Counted from the stretch's first letter, positions 37,738 to 46,172 are shown. The stretch: DNA of 50,127 nucleotides from a virus (IMGVR_UViG_3300020045_020734:1-50127), one strand, 5' to 3'. Made by a program: numbers and translations. Notes: a model not told the origin generated them from the sequence alone.

Positions 37738-39027
37738 ATGGCAGTACCAAAAACATACGCAGAATTAGAATATATTGTTAATACAAATATTCCTAATAAT
37801 CAGGTTGGTGACGTAACAGAACCCAAAGTGCGGCTTGTTCTTTTAGAGATAATTACCAGAATTTTTCAGATAAAAAATGTAACGCTTGGTTCTCCAATTG
37901 GCGGTTTACGTTTGACTGCGGAAGGTGTTTTAAGTAATAAATCATCGGGGTTTATTGTGCAACAGCCTTCGGGTGAATTTGAACAGTTTGATACTATCCA
38001 TCAGGCTTTGGGTTTTGCGGGTGAAGGTGATTTCATTACGGTCAATCAAAACGTATCCATCAATGCCACTACTGGACCAATTATTCTGAAAAGTGGGGTA
38101 AATGTAGACTTCAGATTTCATGACATTGTCATTAACGATATTGCAGTAGCGATGCAGGCGGTTGGCAATGGCATTGTTTCTACAGTTTTCAATATTGGAA
38201 GTATAAGCCACAATTTTGGTGGAGATTATAGTTTGTATTCATCGACTGAAGAGAACTGTATTCTCAAGGTGTACGGTAATGGATGCTTTATCGTCATAAA
38301 TGGTATTCAGTTGTATTCTGCACGTGCAGGAGTGGTTTTTTGTTACGGAGATTCTTCAATGGTACATCTTGATTTTAAGAGAATGTACATAGCGAGTTTC
38401 GGAGTTAAAGACCAAGCATCGTTTTATGTAACGTCTGAAAATGAACAGCCTTTTGACGAAGCCGTACAGGCTAAGAGTATTATTCGCTTGTACGGTGAGA
38501 CTTTAGAATGCACGTCTGAGGTATGCTTTATGGCTGATGTGGATGCTATTATTCAGGTAGATGTGAAAGTGATAAGGCTGAATGGAAGTTCGCTATTAGC
38601 CATTCAAAAGTTTGGGCGACTTGTTTTCAATGATTGTGATGTAACAGCAGAAGAGACTTGTATGATAGTAGATAGCGAGGTATCAAGTAGTAAGGTTTCT
38701 ATTATCAGATTTGAAGGTAAAAATGTATTGAGAACATTGGCAACTTCTGACGTTAGAGCTGGGTATCCCGTAATTGCTCTGAAGGCAAAAGAATCAATAA
38801 TTGAGAATTATGGTAGCTTGAGAATTGCCCAACCTCTTCCATATTCTGGGCATCAAGCTATCGGGGTTAACCCGACGGCAGGAGGTCCATCCGCATTTGC
38901 GAATAATAGCTACATTTTTAACATGGGTACAATTGGTATTGTTTTTCCGATAGATGCAGCGATTTTAAGAAAGGGATTCTTTGGAGCAACGTACATTTTA
39001 CAGAATAATTCGTTTGGTGAACATTAA
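37738..39027 (+). CDS. Putative fibre/spike protein with a beta-helix-like body
   Basis: Start reassigned to ATG 37738; N-terminal IPNNQVGDVTEPKVR motif; FDTIHQAL beta-helix cap. Confidence 0.55.
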   Translation: MAVPKTYAELEYIVNTNIPNNQVGDVTEPKVRLVLLEIITRIFQIKNVTLGSPIGGLRLTAEGVLSNKSSGFIVQQPSGEFEQFDTIHQALGFAGEGDFITVNQNVSINATTGPIILKSGVNVDFRFHDIVINDIAVAMQAVGNGIVSTVFNIGSISHNFGGDYSLYSSTEENCILKVYGNGCFIVINGIQLYSARAGVVFCYGDSSMVHLDFKRMYIASFGVKDQASFYVTSENEQPFDEAVQAKSIIRLYGETLECTSEVCFMADVDAIIQVDVKVIRLNGSSLLAIQKFGRLVFNDCDVTAEETCMIVDSEVSSSKVSIIRFEGKNVLRTLATSDVRAGYPVIALKAKESIIENYGSLRIAQPLPYSGHQAIGVNPTAGGPSAFANNSYIFNMGTIGIVFPIDAAILRKGFFGATYILQNNSFGEH

Positions 39028-39033
39028 TAATTT

Positions 39034-39068
39034 GTCCTAAGATTCTGTATTTTTTATAGGAATCTTTG
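39034..39068 (+). promoter_or_regulatory. Putative late promoter, GTCCTA-N21-AATCTTTG
   Basis: Same spacing; upstream of the head operon. Confidence 0.75.
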
Positions 39069-39088
39069 TAGAGTTAATAACAATACTT

Positions 39089-39961
39089 ATGCTACATCTA
39101 ATAGACAATGGAGTTCGCCTTTTTGCGATTGAAGGAGGGTTTTTCGATGAACAATTACAGCGATTTTCTCATTCAGGACGGGTAGAACGACCAAAAATTA
39201 AAATTGAAACGGTTAACGTTCCTGTGGCATCTATTGTCAATACCCTTTCAGCGAGAGAATTAGGCTATATGGGTATTGGTTCGGTAGAAACGGAAGATGG
39301 ACTGATTGCGGTAATTGAAGTACGTGGCACGACCCAAATGTACACGGATGATTATTGTTATGGTACTGAATATGTTTGCCGTCAGCTTGCTATTGCGGAT
39401 GGAAATGTGGCGGTATTGGCGGTTGTCTTTTTGGCGGATTCTCCAGGAGGAGAATTATCGGGTTCTCGTCAGCTTGCGAAGGCAGTAAGAACGATGAAAA
39501 AACCAGTAGTTGGTTTTGGACGTAGAATGGTAGCGAGTGCTATTTATTGGGCATTTAGTCAATGCAAGGAGTGCTATATTGAAGACGAACTTTCAGCAGT
39601 TGGGTCGATTGGTACTATGTGTATTTACCGTGACCATTCTAAAGAACTTGAACAAAATGGCGTTAATATAGTCGTTTTACGTTCGGAGGGAAGTCCAGAC
39701 AAAAACCCATTGAATGGTGCGGAATCGTTTGAAGGCGAGCCACAAAAGGCGGCATTAGCGAAGGAGCAGGAAATATTGACATCGTCACGAGTGATAATGT
39801 TGAGCGATGTAAGAGCTGCCCGACCGATGGTTTCAGCAACCATTAGCGGAAAATTGTTTTACGGAAAAGATGCTATTGCCAATAGATTGGTAGATGGTTT
39901 TACCGATATGGAAGGAGCGTTGAAACGTGCCTACGTGTTGGGAAAACTTGCAAGAAAGTAA
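39089..39961 (+). CDS. S49 family prohead protease
   Basis: DSPGG, ASAIYW, VGSIG and LVDG motifs. Confidence 0.9.
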   Translation: MLHLIDNGVRLFAIEGGFFDEQLQRFSHSGRVERPKIKIETVNVPVASIVNTLSARELGYMGIGSVETEDGLIAVIEVRGTTQMYTDDYCYGTEYVCRQLAIADGNVAVLAVVFLADSPGGELSGSRQLAKAVRTMKKPVVGFGRRMVASAIYWAFSQCKECYIEDELSAVGSIGTMCIYRDHSKELEQNGVNIVVLRSEGSPDKNPLNGAESFEGEPQKAALAKEQEILTSSRVIMLSDVRAARPMVSATISGKLFYGKDAIANRLVDGFTDMEGALKRAYVLGKLARK

Positions 39962-40015
39962 GATTGTAATTGCCTTAATAGAGTAATTAGTTGTACACCT
40001 ATAATTTTTTTCATA

Positions 40016-40558
40016 ATGAAAATTCAATTTCAAAAAGTAAGAACCTTAATGGCTTCACTTATCGGGAACCCAAATGTTCCCGAAGCGATGGTTGCAGAAC
40101 TGGATTCTGCAATTAAAGGCGATGAAGCCAGCACAGAGGAAATGTTAGCATCGGCGACGAATGTGAGTCAGACTGCTACAACTGAAACCGAAACGACTGC
40201 GGTTGCTGAGACGGTTACGCCTGAAAAGACTGCCGTTGTGGCTGTTACGGAAACTACAAATGCACCAGTGCAGGTCGTAGAACCGCAGGGGAAAACTGGC
40301 TTAGAGTTAGTGATTGAAAAAATGACTGCCATCGAAAACAGACAACTTCAGGTTGAGACTGAAAATAAACAGTTGAGAGCTGAGAATGCTGAATTGCGTG
40401 CGGGTGCCAGTCCACGTGGGATTGTTCCTGTAACCGAAAATCAAGCAAATGTTGCTCCTGCAAGAGTTAGTCGTACATCTGAAAAAGATGAAAAAAGAGC
40501 AGAAGAAGTAAGCAGATTGAAGGAGAAATTTCCTGAATTGATGCACGATATTGAATAG
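40016..40558 (+). CDS. Probable capsid scaffold protein
   Basis: T/E-rich low complexity plus coiled coil, between protease and capsid genes. Confidence 0.6.
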   Translation: MKIQFQKVRTLMASLIGNPNVPEAMVAELDSAIKGDEASTEEMLASATNVSQTATTETETTAVAETVTPEKTAVVAVTETTNAPVQVVEPQGKTGLELVIEKMTAIENRQLQVETENKQLRAENAELRAGASPRGIVPVTENQANVAPARVSRTSEKDEKRAEEVSRLKEKFPELMHDIE

Positions 40559-40620
40559 GTAAAACCCTATTCAGTATTTAATAATATTTAAGTTTTACAC
40601 CTATAATTTTTTGTAAGCAC

Positions 40621-41634
40621 ATGGCTGCATTTAATATCACAGCCCTCCAAGCGGTTCTTTTAGAGAACTTGGGGGATATTCAAACCATTTTTGGTTTGAA
40701 AGTTTCTAATGGTTTTGACGAGAAACGCAATGGCGATTTCTTGGTTATGCCAACAAAAGACAAAGTGCCATTGGTACGTGATTCGACAAATCCGATCCTT
40801 CAACCTGGGCGTACTGGTTCAACCAACTTTACGAACGATGCGGTTGTTTTGAAAAGCCGTATTGGTGAAATTAAACCGTTCAAAGCGGATTTGAAGTTGG
40901 ACGAAGTGACTTTGTACAACTGGTCGAGAAGTTATTTGGCGAAAAAGAAAGCGTCTGACCCGTCAGATATTTATTCTTTTGAAGCTATGACTTACTACAT
41001 GGGTCGTATTTTGGCACAAGCAGGAAAAGACATCAATAACGCACTTTTTAAAGGGGTGCATAACCCAGCAGGTGGCGTTGGTGGCGTAAACCTTTTTGAT
41101 GGTTTGAACGCCAAAATGCTTGAAGGTTTTACAACCGTAGCCAATGGTGGTGTTGAAGATATTCCTGCAACAAACGTTTATGCGGCAGCTGCTACCATTA
41201 CGCAGGCTAACATCTTAGCAGAGATTGCGAAAGCGGTTAATGTAGTGGTTGAAAGTGAAACGTTGGCAGAATATGTGGAAGAAGATGGTTCATTTTATAT
41301 GCCATTCCAGCATTATGCGTACATGAAAAACGCCATTGCTGCACAAGCAGTAACGAAAGGTGATGAGGTAGTAATGAAGACAGGTGCAAACGAGTATCGT
41401 TTGGCTATGTTACCAAATACTATCATCAAGCATCGCCCGATGTTGAATGGTACCCAAACACACTTGTGGACGCCTGATGGAAACTTATTCTTCCTCGCTC
41501 CTGAAGGAACTACGGAAGATATTTCGAGCATCACGATTGAACAGGCTGACCGTAACTTGAAAATTTTCATGGATGGCGAAGCTGCTGTTGATTATGCTGA
41601 TGGACGTTTGCTTGTTAGAAATAACAAGTGGTAG
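40621..41634 (+). CDS. Probable major capsid protein
   Basis: 337 aa, after protease and scaffold, biased codon usage, NLFDGL motif, followed by a terminator. Confidence 0.75.
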   Translation: MAAFNITALQAVLLENLGDIQTIFGLKVSNGFDEKRNGDFLVMPTKDKVPLVRDSTNPILQPGRTGSTNFTNDAVVLKSRIGEIKPFKADLKLDEVTLYNWSRSYLAKKKASDPSDIYSFEAMTYYMGRILAQAGKDINNALFKGVHNPAGGVGGVNLFDGLNAKMLEGFTTVANGGVEDIPATNVYAAAATITQANILAEIAKAVNVVVESETLAEYVEEDGSFYMPFQHYAYMKNAIAAQAVTKGDEVVMKTGANEYRLAMLPNTIIKHRPMLNGTQTHLWTPDGNLFFLAPEGTTEDISSITIEQADRNLKIFMDGEAAVDYADGRLLVRNNKW

Positions 41635-41662
41635 TCTGAGAAGTGTCGAGACAAATAATTAA

Positions 41663-41689
41663 CCCCATCTGGAAACGGATGGGGATTTT
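41663..41689 (+). terminator. Hairpin terminator after the capsid gene
   Basis: CCCCATCTG-GAAA-CGGATGGGG then ATTTT. Confidence 0.65.
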
Positions 41690-41713
41690 CTACAAAAAAT
41701 AAATTTTCTACAC

Positions 41714-42412
41714 ATGAAAAATAAATTGATTGGGGCTGTATTTGCCCTATTTGCTGTTTTGTTAGGGTTTGGGGCTTATGCTACACAAAACCCAATTGAG
41801 GCAATTGTTGCCTTCGGAGCGGTGGCGACTTCGGTTGCTCACTTTGCGAACATTCCGATGAATGCGAGTACGTTATTTTGCGTACCGTTGGTAAATCTGC
41901 CACGTTCTGAATGCCAAAAGCCAAATCCGGGTGGTAACAGAAAATTTTACGTAGCTGCTTGCGAAGATTTTACAGCTGAATGGCCAAAAGAGGCAGACGT
42001 TGATGATACGACTGGACTTGTGACGGTGGCACCTCCTTTAGCGGTTGGTAAATTCTTTGCGGAAATTGAATTTACGGATAATACAGCAAAAGCTGATTAT
42101 GCCAAAGAAGGTGATGAAGGACATCAATCTTACAAACACATGGCAGAATGTAAGCTTTCGGGTTACAACGGTAAGCAATATTTGGCATTGAAAAAGTTCT
42201 TGAATATGCGTTTCGTGCTTGTTTCTAAACATGGTGATAAGTCGATGGTTGTTTATGGAACGTCAGAAGATGGTTTGTCGATGAAAGAAACGCACACTAC
42301 GGGCGTAAAAGGTAACGACAAACGTGAATTCACGTTGAAAATGGAGCAGGATGGTTTGGATTTAGCACCGCCAATTTTGGGGGCAGCTATTACCGTTCCT
42401 GTTTTAGGATAG
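41714..42412 (+). CDS. Probable major tail tube protein with a hydrophobic N-terminal leader
   Basis: CxxPNPGG, EGDEG, VVYGT and TTG..DKR motifs of Bacteroidota phage tube proteins; about 45-aa hydrophobic leader. Confidence 0.65.
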   Translation: MKNKLIGAVFALFAVLLGFGAYATQNPIEAIVAFGAVATSVAHFANIPMNASTLFCVPLVNLPRSECQKPNPGGNRKFYVAACEDFTAEWPKEADVDDTTGLVTVAPPLAVGKFFAEIEFTDNTAKADYAKEGDEGHQSYKHMAECKLSGYNGKQYLALKKFLNMRFVLVSKHGDKSMVVYGTSEDGLSMKETHTTGVKGNDKREFTLKMEQDGLDLAPPILGAAITVPVLG

Positions 42413-42477
42413 TTATTTAATTAAGCCTTTACCGAAAGGTTAAGGCTTTATTTTTTCACAATTAATTTTTAGAAATC

Positions 42478-42702
42478 ATGGCTTTAAAAAAATATAAGCT
42501 TCAAAATATCCCAGAAAAAGGAAAGGTGAAATTTGAGCATAGTGAAGGTCGAGCGATTGTGCTTGATGAGAATTTAACCGACGAGCAATGTGATTACCTC
42601 TTGCAAGGTGGTGAAAACAAATTGGCAGCACAATATATCGTTGCTGTGAAAGAGCAAAAAGAAGTTGCTCCAAAAGAGTCAAAAGAAGTTACTCCAAAAT
42701 AA
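42478..42702 (+). CDS. Small virion-associated hypothetical protein
   Basis: 74 aa between two GAAA-loop hairpins. Confidence 0.55.
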   Translation: MALKKYKLQNIPEKGKVKFEHSEGRAIVLDENLTDEQCDYLLQGGENKLAAQYIVAVKEQKEVAPKESKEVTPK

Positions 42703-42763
42703 TATCAAATTCATCAAATACCCGACCGAAAGGTTGGGTATTTTGGTATAAACAATCATTAAG

Positions 42764-43333
42764 ATGCAAAAGATTGAAATTGCAATTTCCGCACTAATTG
42801 GTGCAAAAAAAATGTCAGAAGACTTCGTAGCTTCGGCAGGTCAGTTTATTGACCCATTGGTTTTGTTATTGGAAACTGAGAAGTCAAAAATAATGACAGA
42901 AAGTGAATTTGATGGATTGACAGAAGATGAAGTGAAAGAACGAGTTGAGTTGAAACGCCATAAAGATATTGAATCTTTGCAGGAAGAAGCGGCTGAACGT
43001 TTTAAGCGTAGAAAGGTTAAAGAGTCATCTGATGATAAAACGACTAATGTGGTGTCAGAATCTACGGTTGTTTCGGAGGTTGAGACTGAGGTTAAACCTG
43101 CCGAACCTGTGGTTGAAACCGAGGTTAAACCTGCTGAACCTGAGGTTGAAACTGAGGTTAAACCTGCTGAACCTGTGGTTGAAACCGAGGTTAAACCTGC
43201 TGAACCTGAGGTTGCAACCGAGGTTAAACCTGCTGAACCTGTGATTGAAACTGAGGTTAAACCTGCTGAACCTGTTGTAACAGAGGTGAAGACAAAGAAA
43301 AGAACCACTAAAAAGGTAAAGGAAACTATATAA
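42764..43333 (+). CDS. Hypothetical protein with 11-aa tandem repeats
   Basis: EVKPAEPxxET repeated six times. Confidence 0.7.
   Translation: MQKIEIAISALIGAKKMSEDFVASAGQFIDPLVLLLETEKSKIMTESEFDGLTEDEVKERVELKRHKDIESLQEEAAERFKRRKVKESSDDKTTNVVSESTVVSEVETEVKPAEPVVETEVKPAEPEVETEVKPAEPVVETEVKPAEPEVATEVKPAEPVIETEVKPAEPVVTEVKTKKRTTKKVKETI
43088..43285 (+). repeat. 33-nt coding tandem repeat, six units
   Basis: GAGGTTAAACCTGC at 43088, 43121, 43154, 43187, 43220 and 43253. Confidence 0.95.
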
Positions 43334-43360
43334 TAGGTTTTTGTTGATTGTATTAATTAG

Positions 43361-43390
43361 ACCATACAACTATTAGTTGTATGGTTTTTT
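43361..43390 (+). terminator. Intrinsic terminator
   Basis: ACCATACAACTA-T-TAGTTGTATGGT then T run. Confidence 0.8.
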
Positions 43391-43400
43391 GTTATATTTG

Positions 43401-43521
43401 CACCGCTAACAGTAATTTTTTTGATTGAAACGAGCCATCGGCAGGCATTGCCGATTGGCAAAGGGTTGTGAGTACCCTACGGTTCGTTTCGACGATTATT
43501 GTTAGCAGTGACCCAATCGGC
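43401..43521 (+). ncRNA. Structured leader RNA resembling phage C4/CI antisense RNAs
   Basis: TATATTTG promoter at 43393-43400; nested stems with two apical hairpins; downstream complementary target. Confidence 0.6.
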
Positions 43522-43526
43522 TTTTT

Positions 43527-43736
43527 ATGATACCAGCTCCTGCACATTTTGAAAGTTTGCATGACCATTTAGAAAAAAATGGAGTTGATATTTCTACCCT
43601 AAAAGAAGCTGTTTCTTCTTATTTGGACCTACCAAACAATATTGTTACCACCGAGTTTTCGGATGAACCTGACAATGATTTGCAAGCGTATTATTACCGA
43701 GAAATGTTGACTGATTTTGTAGAGAGTATTTCGTAA
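43527..43736 (+). CDS. Small acidic protein under the structured leader
   Basis: 69 aa; ATG 5 nt after the target site. Confidence 0.65.
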   Translation: MIPAPAHFESLHDHLEKNGVDISTLKEAVSSYLDLPNNIVTTEFSDEPDNDLQAYYYREMLTDFVESIS

Positions 43737-43754
43737 GTTTGTAGAAAAAACGCT

Positions 43755-44429
43755 ATGAATCTACAAAGTAAAATTATGCAAGCAGAGGCAAGTTTGAGCC
43801 TAAAAAAACTACTATTCAGAACGAAACGTTGCCAAAAACATGAAGTTGATATTGCTGAAGATTTCCTGAATTCATTGTTGATTGATGCTGAAACTGAAAA
43901 CATTGGTACAATGGTAATGCCATTGCCAACTTTTGAAGCTTCAATAACTAAAATTGAAACGCCTATTGTTGAAAAAGTTGGTAATTATGATGAATTGCAG
44001 GCAGAACTTTCGGCGACCGCCAAAAAACTTTCGGATGAATTGGGTGATATTTCAAATGAAATTGTCGCTTCGTACAAACGAAATCCCGCTGAGAATGTAA
44101 AAGTATTGATGAATGCGGCCATTGCTAAACGTGCTGAAATTGAAACGGTTTGGGATAAAAAGAAATTTTTGGAGCGTGATGGATACCTGAAAGTTGTAGT
44201 GGAAGAAAATAGCGAGGAATCGGAAAAGGTATTTGAAGAAAAATTGGTTTTGGCGGGCAAACGCAAACAGATAAAAGACCAGATCTACAAACTTGAAAAG
44301 AAAATTGCTGACCCAACAAAGCACGTAAAATTTAATAAAGTTGAAGTGAAAACGTTAGAGTGGCAGAAAGAACTGATGGTTCTGGAAAATGAATTGGAAA
44401 CATTAGAACTAAAAATATCTACAAAATGA
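43755..44429 (+). CDS. Coiled-coil hypothetical protein
   Basis: 224 aa, E/K-rich. Confidence 0.65.
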   Translation: MNLQSKIMQAEASLSLKKLLFRTKRCQKHEVDIAEDFLNSLLIDAETENIGTMVMPLPTFEASITKIETPIVEKVGNYDELQAELSATAKKLSDELGDISNEIVASYKRNPAENVKVLMNAAIAKRAEIETVWDKKKFLERDGYLKVVVEENSEESEKVFEEKLVLAGKRKQIKDQIYKLEKKIADPTKHVKFNKVEVKTLEWQKELMVLENELETLELKISTK

Positions 44430-44587
44430 AATACCCAAGTAAAAACACTTATAGAAGAATTAACAAACCGACCAGATTTGAAAAGTGGTGGGATAGTTTA
44501 CCATCTTGGGTAGAAGTAACAGTTGATATTATTAAGATTTTGTTGTTTTTGCTGATTGTCTATATATGTTTTTTTAGTAAATATTAA
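44426..44587 (+). CDS. 53-aa protein with C-terminal TM (absent from the ORF track)
   Basis: ATGA overlap; IIKILLFLLIVYICFF. Confidence 0.5.
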   Translation: MKYPSKNTYRRINKPTRFEKWWDSLPSWVEVTVDIIKILLFLLIVYICFFSKY

Positions 44588-44615
44588 ATAATAGGCGAAG
44601 GCCTGTACTACATCT

Positions 44616-45227
44616 ATGAGTGAAATGTTAGAATGGCACGTTGAGCGTATCGCTTGGCGTGATATGATTCCCTACGAATTCAATCCCCGTAAAATGTCTG
44701 CCAATATGAAGCAGAAGCTTCGGGAAAGCTACACGAAGTTTGGTAATGTTGAATTACCTGTTCTCGATTACGACAATATGATTATTGCGGGTCATCAACG
44801 CCAGTCAGTCAAAATGGTTGATGGTTTTGGCGATGAGCTGACGGACGTTGTAAAACCAAACCGAAAATTGACTGATAAGGAGTATAAGGAGTACAATGTT
44901 ATTTCTAATGCTTTGAAAGGGGATTTTGTTGGTGAAATTTTGGCGGAACACTTTCAGGAAGTTGAGGATTTGGCTGATTATGGTTTGATGCTTGATGAGG
45001 TATCAGCCGTGATGGATAAAGAGGATGCTACGCATATAGAAGCAGAAATGCCAATTGTACCGAAGATGGCAGAAAGCTATACATCGTTTGTAATTGTTTG
45101 CAAGAATGAGGTGGATGCTACGCATTTAGCCGAAAAGTTGGGCGTGAATGTTGGCAAATGTTATAAGTCTCAGAAAGTAGGAATGATGCACGTTTTGGAT
45201 GGGAAGGAGGTCATTAAATTGCTATGA
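44616..45227 (+). CDS. ParB/Srx N-terminal domain protein
   Basis: PYEFNPRKM, KFGNVELPV and IIAGHQR motifs. Confidence 0.85.
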   Translation: MSEMLEWHVERIAWRDMIPYEFNPRKMSANMKQKLRESYTKFGNVELPVLDYDNMIIAGHQRQSVKMVDGFGDELTDVVKPNRKLTDKEYKEYNVISNALKGDFVGEILAEHFQEVEDLADYGLMLDEVSAVMDKEDATHIEAEMPIVPKMAESYTSFVIVCKNEVDATHLAEKLGVNVGKCYKSQKVGMMHVLDGKEVIKLL

Positions 45228-45952
45228 ATCTGAAAATTGTAATACCCAGCCATAAGCGTGCCGAAAGAGTATTGACAACGGCAGCCGTTGATGGTGCTAT
45301 TTTGTGCGTAGAAGAGTCGCAAGAAAAACTTTACCGTGCCTGCAACCCTAAAATTGATATAGTTACGCATCCTGACAGCGTGAAGGGATTAGCACGAAAG
45401 AGAGATTGGATAATTAAACATTTTGGCGATGTGTTTATGTTGGATGACGACATAACAGCCATGCAAAGAGTTTATACCGAAAAAGGGGAAAAGATAAACG
45501 TAGAACCTGATGTAGCAAGTGAGTTGATTAGGCAAGCAGCTCAGGCGTGTAGAGATGCAGAAATGTTTCTTTTTGGTTTTTCTACATCACCTGGTCCTAT
45601 TTCTTATAATCCTATGAAGCCAATAAGTCTTTCAGGATATTTTACTGGTTGTAGTCATGGGGTTCTCAGTGGCTCAAAACTCTGGTACAACCCTGACATC
45701 ATCTGTAACGAAGATTATTGGATTTCGTGTTTGAATGCGTACCATCATCGTGGTGGTTGGAAGGATAACCGTTTTTACTTTGCCCAGAAGGATACTTTTG
45801 TAAATAGAGGTGGTTTATCGGAGTTTAGAAATGTTGATGCAGAGGAGAAAGATTTCAAGCTTTTACAAAGGACTTTTGGGGCGGAAATCGTAACTTTAAA
45901 AAAGAATCAAAAGGTACATCAGTTTCAAAAATCTTTAAAATTACCGTTTTAG
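45224..45952 (+). CDS. GT-A glycosyltransferase, TAGT/GREB1-like
   Basis: IVIPSHKR, RKRDWII, MLDDDI (DxD), NEDY and NRGG motifs; ATGA coupling to ParB. Confidence 0.7.
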   Translation: MNLKIVIPSHKRAERVLTTAAVDGAILCVEESQEKLYRACNPKIDIVTHPDSVKGLARKRDWIIKHFGDVFMLDDDITAMQRVYTEKGEKINVEPDVASELIRQAAQACRDAEMFLFGFSTSPGPISYNPMKPISLSGYFTGCSHGVLSGSKLWYNPDIICNEDYWISCLNAYHHRGGWKDNRFYFAQKDTFVNRGGLSEFRNVDAEEKDFKLLQRTFGAEIVTLKKNQKVHQFQKSLKLPF

Positions 45953-45989
45953 TAAAAATTATATTTTCAAACTTTTAACTATTATAAAT

Positions 45990-46172
45990 ATGTTTAAATT
46001 AACTCCAGTAACACCAGAATTAGAAAGGCAAAATGCTTTTTTCCCAGGATACATTGAAGAAGGAATAGAAGAAAAAATATTTGATTCTGAAGATGAGGCT
46101 AAATCTTATTTATCTCATCAAAAAGACTTTGACCGACATAAGAGATTTTATGTTATAGAAAAAGTACAATAA
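45990..46172 (+). CDS. Small hypothetical protein
   Basis: 60-aa ORF in an AT-rich insert. Confidence 0.45.
   Translation: MFKLTPVTPELERQNAFFPGYIEEGIEEKIFDSEDEAKSYLSHQKDFDRHKRFYVIEKVQ

Noticed and set aside
43088-43285. 33-nt periodic repeat as a CRISPR array
   Set aside because: Units are contiguous with no unique spacers and keep the reading frame.
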